Shown here: piece by piece, positions 19,140 through 28,779 of the stretch
Layout of the letters: every line of letters starts with the position of its first letter
How positions within the stretch are numbered: position 1 is the stretch's first letter
Assembly: GCA_946186275.1 (NCBI GenBank)
Contig: CAMHMO010000004.1
Coordinates: 20,616 to 84,615, forward strand
Length of the DNA: 64,000 bases
Source: an uncultured Verrucomicrobiota bacterium
GTDB taxonomy: Bacteria > Verrucomicrobiota > Verrucomicrobiia > Opitutales > UBA9783
Direction: 5' to 3'
The notes under the pieces: generated by a model
The model's input: the letters and a program-made list of their open reading frames with translations, nothing else
Told to the model about the DNA's origin: nothing
Databases searched by the model: none
Position numbers and translations under genes: made by a program

Positions 19140-20420
19140 CTACAACACCACCCCTTCTTCCACAACTCCTCCTTTCTCAATCACCAGAATACCGTCTTTG
19201 ACGTAAATCGGACCTTGGTGAAAGCCGTTCGGTTTGCCTTCCGGCGAGAGGCGGACGTTGTTCCCGATTCGCACGTTGCGGTCGATGACGGCGTTGCGAA
19301 TGTAGCAGTTTTCGCCGATGCCCATGCCGATTTGGTCGGAAGTTGTCGGGTTCACGGCGGGGTGTTCGTAATGGTCGGCGCCCATCAGATAAACGTTTTC
19401 CAATTGCGTTCCGCCGCGAATAATCGACCGAATGCCGATGACGCAGCGGTTGAGGCACACATCGGTGAGGATGCAGCCGTCGGCGATAATCGAGTGTTCG
19501 ACGGTGCAACGGTTCAGTTTGGAAGCGGCAAGGTTGCGCGGTTTGGAAAAGATCGGCGCCAATTCGTTGTAAAAGTCGAACGCCGGCAGCGGATCGGTCA
19601 GCATTAAATTGGCTTCAAAGAACGACGGGATGGTTCCGATGTCTGCCCAATAGCCGTTAAAAAGGTAGCCGTATAAACGAAAACGGTTCAGTGCCGTCGG
19701 GATAATATCCTTGCCGAAGTCGTGCAAATTCGACGCCAGGCAGGTTTTCAGGACGCCCGCTTTGAAGGCATAAATACCCATGGACGCCAAACAGTACGGT
19801 TGGTCGGTCGGATCGTTGACCTCGGCGCGCAGATAGTCGCAGAGATGAAGTTCGCGAATGAGTTCTTCGTGTTGCGGTTTTTCGACGAAACGCCGAATGT
19901 GCCAATCGTCCGCGACGTCCATGATGCCGAACGCGGATGCCTGTGATGCCGGAACGGCTTTGGCGGCAACGGTGATGTCGGCGTGTGTATCTAAATGATG
20001 CTTAACGAAGGCGGCGAGATCCATGCGATACAGCTGATCGCCGGAAAGAATCAGCACCGTTTGTTCGTCTTCCAGCGGAATGTGAATGAGATTTTGTCGC
20101 ACGGCGTCGGCGGTTCCGCGGTACCAATCGTCATTGGACGCGGTTTGTTCCGCCGACAACACTTCCACGAAACCTCCCGAAAAGTGGTCAAAGCGATAAG
20201 CTTGCCGGATGTGCCGATGGAGGGACTCGGTGTTGAACTGCGTTAGGAGATAGATTTGATTGTATCCGGCGTGCAGACAGTTGCTGATGGGGATGTCCAC
20301 CAAACGGTATTTGCCGCCCAGCGGTACAGCGGGTTTGCAACGTACCCGCGTCAGCGGTTCGAGCCGCGTTCCGCGACCGCCTCCCATAATAATGCAGACA
20401 ACGTTTGAGGGACGACACAT
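19140..20420 (-). CDS. glgC: Glucose-1-phosphate adenylyltransferase
   Basis: 426 aa. It has the GGGRGTRLEPLT...KPAVPLGGKYRLVDIPISNC motif and a left-handed beta-helix C-terminus. Confidence 0.9.
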   Translation of the reverse strand: MCRPSNVVCIIMGGGRGTRLEPLTRVRCKPAVPLGGKYRLVDIPISNCLHAGYNQIYLLTQFNTESLHRHIRQAYRFDHFSGGFVEVLSAEQTASNDDWYRGTADAVRQNLIHIPLEDEQTVLILSGDQLYRMDLAAFVKHHLDTHADITVAAKAVPASQASAFGIMDVADDWHIRRFVEKPQHEELIRELHLCDYLRAEVNDPTDQPYCLASMGIYAFKAGVLKTCLASNLHDFGKDIIPTALNRFRLYGYLFNGYWADIGTIPSFFEANLMLTDPLPAFDFYNELAPIFSKPRNLAASKLNRCTVEHSIIADGCILTDVCLNRCVIGIRSIIRGGTQLENVYLMGADHYEHPAVNPTTSDQIGMGIGENCYIRNAVIDRNVRIGNNVRLSPEGKPNGFHQGPIYVKDGILVIEKGGVVEEGVVL

Positions 20421-20702
20421 AGGTATTTTTTTCTTTTAACGGCAACGAGATGTGCGCACGGACGGTACCGCGATGAGACGGTTCCGAACGGCGATGGATA
20501 TGCACTTAGTATATAAAAAAGTACGTTCGACGGCAAGCCTTTAACGGGTGGAACGGTGCGTAATTTTTCGGTTGTTGGAAACAAAAAGCATCGGAGCGGT
20601 TTTGCAACGGGTTTTTTGACGAAAAGAACAAAGCCGGTCGCGGTGCCGTTGCGAACCTTTTGCATTGAAATCAAACACGGCGACTTTACACTGGGAGTAA
20701 TT

Positions 20703-22562
20703 ATGTGCGGTATCATCGGTTACATCGGTAAGGAAGAGGCACTGCCGGTTCTCTTAAAAGGCTTAACCTGCATGGAGTACCGCGGCTACGATTCGGCGGG
20801 ATTGTCGGTTGGGGATGAGTCGCATCCGTTTCAAACCGTCCGTTCCGTTGGTCGTATTGCGCAACTGGCAAAGCGCACGGCGGAAGTTTCGTTGCGCGGG
20901 CATGTCGGTATCGGGCACACCCGTTGGGCGACGCACGGCGGCATTACCGAAAACAACACCCATCCGCACACGAGTTGCGACGGAAAATTTATTCTCGTTC
21001 ACAACGGCGTGATCGAGAATTATGCCGCGCTCAAGGAGCATTTAAAGAAAAACGGGTGTACGTTTTACGGCGATACCGATACGGAAGTTTTGGTCAATTT
21101 AATCGCTTGGCATTATCGGCAATTTTCGGACATTTCAACTCTTTCCATGCGTTTCAAAGCGAGTGTCCACAAAGCGTTGTCGGAACTGCAGGGAACCTAC
21201 GGGATTGCGGTAATTTGCACCGACTGCCAGAACGAACTGATCGGCGCGCGTAAAAGTTCGCCGCTGGTACTGGGTGTCGGGAAGGATGAATTGTTTTTGG
21301 CAAGCGACATCGGTGCATTCGGCGGTCGAACCAAGGATGTGGTGTTTCTGTCCGACGGCGAAATTATTCATTTACAGGGAAATGAATTCCATATTACGGG
21401 TGCGGACGATCAAATGTTGATGCCGACCGTCGAAACCGTTGATTGGGATACCGACGTTTCCGATTTGGGTTCTTATACGTCCTACATGCAAAAGGAGATT
21501 TTCGAACAGCCGCAATCGCTCGAAAACACGTTGCTCGGTCGTTTTTCGGCGGACGGAAGTTCGGCGCATCTCGGCGGTCTGCAACTGTCCGCGGATGAAT
21601 TGCGCTGCGCGGAACGCCTCTTATTGATCGGTTGCGGAAGCGCGTACCATGCATGCAAAGTCGGCGAATATCTGTTTGAACGTTACGCGCGCATTCCGAC
21701 GGAAGTCGAATACGCGTCGGAGTTTCGCTACCGCAACGCGCCGTTGGGCAAAAATACTTTGGTGTTTGTCGTGAGCCAATCGGGCGAAACGCGCGATACG
21801 CTGGATGCGTTGCACGAAGCGCGGCGCAAAGGCATTCGCGTGTCGGCGATCACAAACGCCGTCGGGTCAACGGTTGCGCGCGAATCGGACGGCGGCGTTT
21901 ATCAGCGTTCCGGTCCGGAAATCGGGGTCGCCAGCACCAAAGCATTTACGGGGCAGATTGCGACGTTTTTGCTGTTTTCGCTTTACCTGGGGCGTATGCG
22001 CGAAATGAGTTTTTCGGAGGGGTGCCGCCTGGTGCAGGCACTGAAAGACCTGCCGACGTGCGTGAAAGAAGTTTTGGCGGCTTGCGACGATTGGGCGCGT
22101 GCGACGGCGAAAAAGTACGCAACGTGCCTGAGTTTTTACTTTATCGGTCGGCAGATGTTGTTTCCGATTGCGCTGGAAGGTGCGTTAAAATTGAAGGAAA
22201 TTTCTTATATTCATGCCGAAGCGTATCCCGGGGGTGAATTGAAACACGGACCGATCGCGCTGATTGAACCGTCGTTTCCGACGTTCGTTTTGGCGTCCGA
22301 CCCGGAAATGCTTTCGAAAAACATCAACAATATGACGGAAATTAAAGCGCGCCAAGGGCAGGTGCTTGCCTTGGGTATTGAAGGTTGTCCGTTCCCGAAC
22401 GATGTTTATGACGATGTTTTTTATCTGCCGAAGGTTCATGAAGCGATTTTGCCGATTATCACAGTGTTGCCTTTGCAACTTTTTGCGTATTATGCGGCTC
22501 TGGAACGCGGTTGCGACGTCGACAAGCCGCGGAATTTGGCAAAAGCGGTGACGGTGGAGTAG
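20703..22562 (+). CDS. glmS: Glutamine--fructose-6-phosphate aminotransferase
   Basis: MCGIIGYIG supplies the N-terminal nucleophile Cys. It has two SIS domains and ends in ...KPRNLAKAVTVE. The track ORF start at 20556 is an upstream extension. Confidence 0.95.
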   Translation: MCGIIGYIGKEEALPVLLKGLTCMEYRGYDSAGLSVGDESHPFQTVRSVGRIAQLAKRTAEVSLRGHVGIGHTRWATHGGITENNTHPHTSCDGKFILVHNGVIENYAALKEHLKKNGCTFYGDTDTEVLVNLIAWHYRQFSDISTLSMRFKASVHKALSELQGTYGIAVICTDCQNELIGARKSSPLVLGVGKDELFLASDIGAFGGRTKDVVFLSDGEIIHLQGNEFHITGADDQMLMPTVETVDWDTDVSDLGSYTSYMQKEIFEQPQSLENTLLGRFSADGSSAHLGGLQLSADELRCAERLLLIGCGSAYHACKVGEYLFERYARIPTEVEYASEFRYRNAPLGKNTLVFVVSQSGETRDTLDALHEARRKGIRVSAITNAVGSTVARESDGGVYQRSGPEIGVASTKAFTGQIATFLLFSLYLGRMREMSFSEGCRLVQALKDLPTCVKEVLAACDDWARATAKKYATCLSFYFIGRQMLFPIALEGALKLKEISYIHAEAYPGGELKHGPIALIEPSFPTFVLASDPEMLSKNINNMTEIKARQGQVLALGIEGCPFPNDVYDDVFYLPKVHEAILPIITVLPLQLFAYYAALERGCDVDKPRNLAKAVTVE

Positions 22563-22686
22563 GGGCGGCGCGGTTGATTTCGCGATTCGGTAATAAGCGA
22601 AGATTTTTGTCGATCGTTGCGACGAAACACATTTTTAAGTCGTCTCTTGCAGATCGTTACATTTACAATTCCCGTAGGCGTTACCA

Positions 22687-23451
22687 ATGAATGCTTCCGT
22701 CTTGCTCGAAACGATTATTTCTTTTTTGAATGAAACCTTCAAAACGCATCAAATCGAGGATTTTCCCAATGCCTGCAACGGATTGCAGTTGGGGAACGAC
22801 GGTTCCGTAATACGCATTGTCGGTGCCGTGGATGCAAGCGTAAATGTTATCAACGCGGCGATCGGGCAAAAAGCGGATTTGCTGTGTGTCCATCACGGCT
22901 TAACCTGGCGCGGGTTGCAACCGCTGACGGGAGCGTTATATGATTTGTATAAACGTGCGATGGAAGCGAACCTGGCGATTTACAGCCTGCATTTGCCGCT
23001 CGACGGACATCCGACGTACGGTCACAACGTATTGATTGCCAAGGCTCTTGATATGCTTATCGAAGCTTCATTTACCTCTTACAAAGGTCGACCGTACGGT
23101 TGTGTTTGCAGAGGGATGACACTCGATGAACTTAATCGACGATTGAAAGCACTGTTTCCGCATTCGTATCGGGCGTTTTGCTACGGTTCCGAACAACCGA
23201 GGCGCATCGCGATTATGAGCGGCAGCGGCGGTCAGGAGTGCCTGGAAGAACTGGTTAAGTCCGGCATCGATACGCTCATTACGGGCGAAATTCATTACTC
23301 GGCAATTTCCTTCGCACAACTGTATAAGTTAAATTTGTTCGCCTGCGGGCATTATGCCACCGAGTGCTTCGGCATCAAGGCGTTATTGCAGCTGTTGCAC
23401 GAAAAAACGCAACTGCCGTGCGAATTTATCGAGGATTTTTGTGCATTGTAA
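22687..23451 (+). CDS. NIF3-family dinuclear-metal-centre protein (GTP cyclohydrolase 1 type 2 homolog)
   Basis: 254 aa. It has CVHHGL, HLPLDGHP and a C-terminal GHYATE motif. Confidence 0.85.
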   Translation: MNASVLLETIISFLNETFKTHQIEDFPNACNGLQLGNDGSVIRIVGAVDASVNVINAAIGQKADLLCVHHGLTWRGLQPLTGALYDLYKRAMEANLAIYSLHLPLDGHPTYGHNVLIAKALDMLIEASFTSYKGRPYGCVCRGMTLDELNRRLKALFPHSYRAFCYGSEQPRRIAIMSGSGGQECLEELVKSGIDTLITGEIHYSAISFAQLYKLNLFACGHYATECFGIKALLQLLHEKTQLPCEFIEDFCAL

Positions 23452-24074
23452 GCATTAAAGTGCTTCGATGTCATGGAGGACAGAAACATGCTTCGGTATT
23501 GTTGATAATCGATACGAACTGTGTTACACGGATGATAACTACTGCCGAAGTACGGTGTATCACACGATATTGCCGAACTGTTTTAGGTAACATGAAGTTC
23601 CAGCGGGTAACGATTTGCGCTTGCAAATACGGTTCGGATATATCCCGACGTGGCACATTGCGATTGTAGTGTTCAGCATTTTTCGGGAATTCGGCATGCG
23701 CTTCATCCAAAAATCCGAAACTTGCAAAACGATTTTCTGTTTTTGCCGCCAATCTCCTCCGTTTATGGTCGGGCAAAAGTATTCAAAAGGCACTTTTTTC
23801 AAAAGGCACTTTTGTTGCCGTTTTAAATAACCGTTACCTGTCGCTCGAAGGTAGTTGTGGACAGGTTGACGCATGGGTTTCCAATTTTGACATGAACGTA
23901 CAAAGCGTGTTTTTATCGTCGGATAAGCCTGTTTTTTAGGATTTTCGGCAAAAAAGTTGCGCGGATGTAAATTTACATATTTCCAAGCACCATAAACCGT
24001 GCGCACGCGATGTTCGAACCGAAGAAAAGCGGTTTTACGTTGCGTTCGGTCTGTTTGCGGAGAGAAAATAAGCC

Positions 24075-24827
24075 ATGGGCGAAAGTGTAAGTATTGCCAT
24101 TCCGGCGCGCATGGCGTCGTCGCGTTTGCCGGGGAAAATGCTCGCTTTATTGGGCGGCAAGCCTGTTCTTCAACATGTCATCGAGCGCGTAAAAAAAGTG
24201 CGCTGTTGCAAAGCGATTTATGTGGTCACCGACAGCGAGGAAATTGTCCGTTTGGCGCAATCGCTTGATGTGCACGGATTGATGACATCGCCGAACTGTA
24301 CCTGCGGAACGGAACGAATTGTGTCGGTTTTGGAACACATCAATGGCGATATTATTTTTAACGTCCAGGGCGACGAACCGTTCATCGAACCGAAGCTTTT
24401 GGAGGACATGGCGGAGGCGATGCGTTCGACGGATGGAGATGTTTTAATGCCGTCGTATCCGTTAGAAACGATGGCGGAGGTTCTCAATCCTTCCGTCACA
24501 AAAGTTGTTCGCGATAAAGACGGACACGGTTTGTATTTTTCCCGCAGTCCCATTCCCTATGTACGGGATTGCAAACAAAATCAATGGACGGAGAAACACA
24601 CATTTTTGGGCGTGTTTGGCGTTTATGTTTTCCGAAGGGAAGCACTGGAAGCCTACCGAAATTTCTCCGTAAGTCCTTTGGAAAAAGCGGAATCGTTGGA
24701 ACAACTGCGCTGGCTTTCGAACGGTTATCGCATCTCAACTTTCCCCGTCGATACGCATCCGCTTTGTTCCATCGATACGGCGGAAGATTTAAAGCGTGCG
24801 GAAGAATTTATCCGAAATATGCGATAG
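24075..24827 (+). CDS. kdsB: 3-deoxy-manno-octulosonate cytidylyltransferase (CMP-KDO synthetase)
   Basis: 250 aa with the IPARMASSRLPGK and VQGDEPFI motifs. Confidence 0.9.
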   Translation: MGESVSIAIPARMASSRLPGKMLALLGGKPVLQHVIERVKKVRCCKAIYVVTDSEEIVRLAQSLDVHGLMTSPNCTCGTERIVSVLEHINGDIIFNVQGDEPFIEPKLLEDMAEAMRSTDGDVLMPSYPLETMAEVLNPSVTKVVRDKDGHGLYFSRSPIPYVRDCKQNQWTEKHTFLGVFGVYVFRREALEAYRNFSVSPLEKAESLEQLRWLSNGYRISTFPVDTHPLCSIDTAEDLKRAEEFIRNMR

Positions 24828-24911
24828 AGCAATTTCGCTCTCTAAAAAGCGGGGAGCTTTTTCGAAAGTCATAAAAACAATCGTCTCAACGTTGAAAAAA
24901 AGAAAAACAAG

Positions 24912-25014
24912 CAACGCAGCCAGGCACTCCGCGGCACCGACGCACAAGAGTACCGTTGCTGTCTTCCGACCCTGGCGGGGTTCATCCGTTCGCCCTGCAC
25001 GGAACCCGACTGCA
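24912..25014 (-). ncRNA. ffs: Signal recognition particle RNA (small bacterial 4.5S type)
   Basis: The reverse strand reads ...CCCCGCCAGGGUC-GGAA-GACAGCAACGG..., which is the domain IV signature (5' CAGG, GGAA tetraloop at 24964-24967, 3' AGCA). It sits at the tip of a long imperfect hairpin (GCAGUCGGGUUCCGUGC... pairs with ...GGAGUGCCUGGCUGC). The ends are approximate. Confidence 0.55.
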
Positions 25015-25195
25015 ACTTTATACTGCCGCTCAAAAGATTTACTGTCAAACGGAAACACGCAAGGCTCTCGGACGGTTCTCGAAAGTATATCGCAAGGAAT
25101 ACCGATAACTTTCCGTTATATCGTTTGCCGTTATTCGTATTGTTTTCACTGAAAAACCTTGTGTGTTTTGAAAAAAATCGGAAAATAAAGACATC

Positions 25196-26359
25196 ATGGT
25201 TATTTTTTCGGAAAAACTTTCAAAATACATCGGTGCGATTGTACTGTCGTCAACGCTTTTCTTAAACAATGCTTTCGGAGAGCGTTGCATCGTAAGTTTG
25301 GGTACGTTTTTCGATACGGCGCGCTGGGAAAAACACAAAGCAAACGCACAGGCGCAATACGGGGACAACTGGAGGGAGGAAATCTTCAAAGATCCGAAGA
25401 AAACGTACCAAGCCTGTTTGCAAGATTTTTACAAAGAAAAACTGAACAATACGCACCTGTACATTCTTGTATCTTCATACAGGCAGGCGCAGTCATACGG
25501 TTCAAAAGTCATCGAGAGCCTGGAAGCCAATGCAAAACACCTGCAGGAGTTCGGGGTCACGCCGCACATTATCGTTCGATGCGACGGCGAAAAAACGGCG
25601 CACGGTGAGTACGTTATTTTTGGTGATCTTCGAAAGTATGCCGATTGTTTGGATATGAAAAAGATTGCCTTTAAAGTTCATGCATCCGAAAGCGTTAACC
25701 CGTCGGATTTTAATTACGAACATCATAATCCCGAGGCGGCACATTGGGAACTGGTTGCAAACGAAACCAATCTCGGTTGCAGCAGGACGCGTCATGCAAG
25801 TATCGATATGATTGAAGAAGAAACAAAAGAGCTACTGAAGGGAGGAAAGTGTGTGTACATCGGAATTTTCGACGGCGATGATTGGGTACACGAAGATTAT
25901 TATCCCGTATTGGTTCTCAATGCGCTTTATGCAAACGCGCGCATCTCGAATTACAACGGTCGTATGGGGGCACACGGACTTGAAAACACGGTCTTGCGTG
26001 AGAAACGCATGTTGGGTATCGGAGCAAAATATACGTGGACGGTGTACACGGATATGACAAAAGACAACGTCAGTGAAACTTTGAGTGAAGAGTATAAAGC
26101 GTCACACCCCAACTACTGCGGCGTTTGTTGCACGACCAAAATTTTCGAAGCGGGTTACCTTTATCAAAAGCTGGATTATGCTTTGTCCCGAAAAATGTTG
26201 ACGGGAAATCCAGATGCCAAACGCAACTGGATTGATTTGACCGAATTGTCGCCTCTGGACGGCTTCGGTGAAGGTGCCTGTACCTGTACAACGCCGATTG
26301 AAGGCGAGCCGGAAGCTTACCGCTTAAAGGGAAGCCTGTTTCATTACACGAGACATTGA
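25196..26359 (+). CDS. Divergent GT-A (family 2-like) glycosyltransferase with a hydrophobic N-terminus
   Basis: 387 aa. It has YILVSSYRQA... (beta1), NLGCSRTRHASI (NxGxxxARN-like) and IGIFDGDDW (DxD). I do not recognise the C-terminal 150 aa. Confidence 0.5.
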   Translation: MVIFSEKLSKYIGAIVLSSTLFLNNAFGERCIVSLGTFFDTARWEKHKANAQAQYGDNWREEIFKDPKKTYQACLQDFYKEKLNNTHLYILVSSYRQAQSYGSKVIESLEANAKHLQEFGVTPHIIVRCDGEKTAHGEYVIFGDLRKYADCLDMKKIAFKVHASESVNPSDFNYEHHNPEAAHWELVANETNLGCSRTRHASIDMIEEETKELLKGGKCVYIGIFDGDDWVHEDYYPVLVLNALYANARISNYNGRMGAHGLENTVLREKRMLGIGAKYTWTVYTDMTKDNVSETLSEEYKASHPNYCGVCCTTKIFEAGYLYQKLDYALSRKMLTGNPDAKRNWIDLTELSPLDGFGEGACTCTTPIEGEPEAYRLKGSLFHYTRH

Positions 26360-26568
26360 AAACCGCTTCCGCGTAACGTTGTTGATGTCCTTTATGCCAT
26401 CCGCAGTGTTTGTTTGCGAACGGCGGTTGCGGAACGCCTTTTGCGGTTTCGGGACGAAAGTCGGCGCAACGTTCAGTGGTGCAATCGTAAAAAAAGCGAA
26501 TGCGACGGTTGCGGGTGCTTCCCGCTTAAAACATTGCCAAAAACACTCCCTCTCCGTTGAATAAAGCC

Positions 26569-28053
26569 ATGGGACGAACGGGAATTACGCCGACGCGCGC
26601 GGAGAATTACGCCGAGTGGTATCAGCAGGTGATACGCGCGGCGGATTTGGCGGAAAATGCGCCGGTACGCGGTTGCATGATTGTGAAGCCGAACGGCTAC
26701 CGTTTATGGGAAAGCATTCAGGCAAAGTTGGATGTTGCGTTTAAGGCAACGGGGCATCAAAATGCCTACTTCCCGCTGTTCATTCCCGTAAAATTTCTGC
26801 AAAAAGAAGCGGAACACGTGGCGGGATTTGCGAAAGAATGCGCCGTTGTGACGCATTCGCGGTTGCAGGCAAACGAAGAAGGGCGCTTAATGCCCGCTTC
26901 GCCGCTGGAAGAACCGCTTATTGTGCGTCCAACCTCCGAGACGATTATCGGTGAGGCGTTTTCGCGCTGGGTGCGTTCCTACCGCGATTTGCCGCTTCTC
27001 ATCAACCAATGGGCGAACGTGGTGCGTTGGGAAATGCGCACGCGACTTTTTTTGCGAACATCGGAGTTCCTTTGGCAGGAGGGGCATACGGCGCATGCGA
27101 CCGAAGCGGAAGCGCGGGAGGAAACCCTGCGGATGTTGGAAGTATATCGCAAAATTATCGAGGAAGACTTAGCAATACCGACCTTTGTCGGCGAAAAGCC
27201 CGCGAGCGAACGGTTCCCGGGAGCGGTTTCAACCCACACGCTGGAAGGAATGATGCAGGATCGAAAGGCCCTGCAACTCGGGACATCTCATTTTTTGGGT
27301 CAAAATTTCGCCAAAGCGATGAATATTCAATTTGTCGATAAGGACGGACAGACGCAATACGCGTGGACGACCTCCTGGGGTGTGACAACGCGTCTCATCG
27401 GTGCGCTGGTGATGACGCATTCGGACGATGACGGTCTTGTTTTGCCGCCGCGCATTGCTCATACCCATGCGGTCATCATCCCCGTCATTCACGACGAAGC
27501 GCAACGATCGCGGTTGGAAGACGCCTGCGAAACTCTGCGGCAACGGTTGCTGTCACAAAAAGCCGATTATCCGTTGCACATCGAAGTCGATACGCGTGAT
27601 ATTCGCGGCGGCGACAAACGTTGGCAGGCAATTAAAAAGGGTGCCTGTTGTATAATTGAGGTTGGTTTAAAGGAACTGGAACAATCGACGGTCACCGTTG
27701 CATGGCGTGATGCGGTTGCCGATAAAACAACAATACCGACGGAACGCTTTGCCGAAACGTTTGCGGATAATTTGAAAGACCTGCAGATGCGTCTGTTTGC
27801 GCGCGCAAAAGCGTACCGCAATGCCTCCGTAAAACGTATCACGAAGACGGATGATTTTTACGATTTTTTCAAAAATGACGGCGGTTTTGCGCTGGCGTAT
27901 TGGTCGGAGGAGGCCGAAACGGAAGAAAAATTAAAGTCCGACCTTAAAGTCACGGTGCGCTGTTTCCCGCAGTGTTACGGCGAAGAACGCGGAAACTGTT
28001 TATTTACGAACAAACCGAATTGTCAATTGGCGGTGTTTGCAAAGGCGTACTAG
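26569..28053 (+). CDS. proS: Proline--tRNA ligase (archaeal/eukaryote-like type)
   Basis: The N-terminus NYAEWYQQVIRAADLAE..VRGCMIVKPNGYRLWE, class II motifs and a C-terminal ...AVFAKAY fit this type. The ATG at 26569 is preferred over the TTG at 26557. Confidence 0.9.
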   Translation: MGRTGITPTRAENYAEWYQQVIRAADLAENAPVRGCMIVKPNGYRLWESIQAKLDVAFKATGHQNAYFPLFIPVKFLQKEAEHVAGFAKECAVVTHSRLQANEEGRLMPASPLEEPLIVRPTSETIIGEAFSRWVRSYRDLPLLINQWANVVRWEMRTRLFLRTSEFLWQEGHTAHATEAEAREETLRMLEVYRKIIEEDLAIPTFVGEKPASERFPGAVSTHTLEGMMQDRKALQLGTSHFLGQNFAKAMNIQFVDKDGQTQYAWTTSWGVTTRLIGALVMTHSDDDGLVLPPRIAHTHAVIIPVIHDEAQRSRLEDACETLRQRLLSQKADYPLHIEVDTRDIRGGDKRWQAIKKGACCIIEVGLKELEQSTVTVAWRDAVADKTTIPTERFAETFADNLKDLQMRLFARAKAYRNASVKRITKTDDFYDFFKNDGGFALAYWSEEAETEEKLKSDLKVTVRCFPQCYGEERGNCLFTNKPNCQLAVFAKAY

Positions 28054-28236
28054 GAGATAAATACGGCGAACAATTTCGAGATTTACTCTTTTATCAGGAA
28101 AATCAACAACTCTGTGACGACGGACGAAGTTTTTTTAAATGTTCCCGCGAAACAGCACCCCAAAGCGTTGCTTTTTTGCCGATCCGACGTCTGCTTTGTG
28201 CCATCAATTTTTACCGAAATTCGATTTTTGGTGTAC

Positions 28237-28596
28237 TTAGCGCAATTTTTCTTCCGGAATACCCAATCGGCACCGCTGACGGTTCGTCCATATCCGAACC
28301 CAAAGCTTCGCGGTACCCCGCGGATGATACTCGAAAAGTGCGTTCGGAGCTTCGTCGAGCAATGAAAATATATGCTCTTCTCCGCGATTGAGTATGTTGC
28401 GAATTTCTTCCGAAGTGCAACCGAACTTTTTCGTCCGCTTTAAAACAACGGAAAGAACCCGCTTTATTTTCGGGCGCAAAGCTTCCGGAATCGCAACCTC
28501 AAATAAAGATGCACGGGAAGTTCCGGAAAAAACCAGGCACAAAACCGCAACGACAACTGCCCGGAAGCATTTCCTTAAATTGATACCGTCTTTCAT
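28237..28596 (-). CDS. Small secreted hypothetical protein
   Basis: 119 aa with an N-terminal signal-like helix (AVVVAVLCLVFSGTSRA). I recognise no family. Competing plus-strand ORFs look non-coding. Confidence 0.4.
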   Translation of the reverse strand: MKDGINLRKCFRAVVVAVLCLVFSGTSRASLFEVAIPEALRPKIKRVLSVVLKRTKKFGCTSEEIRNILNRGEEHIFSLLDEAPNALFEYHPRGTAKLWVRIWTNRQRCRLGIPEEKLR

Positions 28597-28767
28597 TTTT
28601 TACAAAAGCGTCATGTTTTTGTGAAACAACCCTCCGGCGGAAGCGACTTCTTTTTACGCAAAAACACCTCCATGTATTAAAACTTATTCACGGAACGCAA
28701 TCATTTTCCGAAAAGCCGTCTGATATGCAAAAATTGCTTTTATCTCGATTTTTTTCACAAAAATGAT

Positions 28768-28773
28768 TAAAAT
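28768..28773 (+). promoter_or_regulatory. -10-like box TAAAAT, 6 nt upstream of the pfp start codon
   Basis: The sequence is GATTAAAATAAAACC-ATG, and the last 11 nt before the ATG are identical to those at fbaB. No good -35 element is present (TCGATT). Confidence 0.35.
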
Positions 28774-28779
28774 AAAACC

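Noticed and set aside
20421-20702. Possible glmS ribozyme or riboswitch in the 282-nt region upstream of glmS.
   Set aside because: I did not recognise the conserved glmS ribozyme core sequences. The region also serves as the divergent glgC promoter. A cmsearch (RF00234) would be decisive.
23452-24074. A 620-bp gap between the NIF3 gene and kdsB with two overlapping reverse-strand ORFs in different frames (23560..24006 and 23471..23776). I considered a frameshifted transposase (IS200/RAYT-like) remnant.
   Set aside because: I could not match either frame to Y1-transposase, DDE or any other family motif, and there are no inverted repeats. It may be a degraded gene or non-coding, so I made no call.
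28237-28596. Weak resemblance of 'LWVRIWTNRQR' in the small secreted protein to the 'FPNIWVRIGARKKFNRR' motif of the pilin-like paralogs.
   Set aside because: Only a 4-5 residue match, with no colinearity elsewhere. It is insufficient to claim homology.
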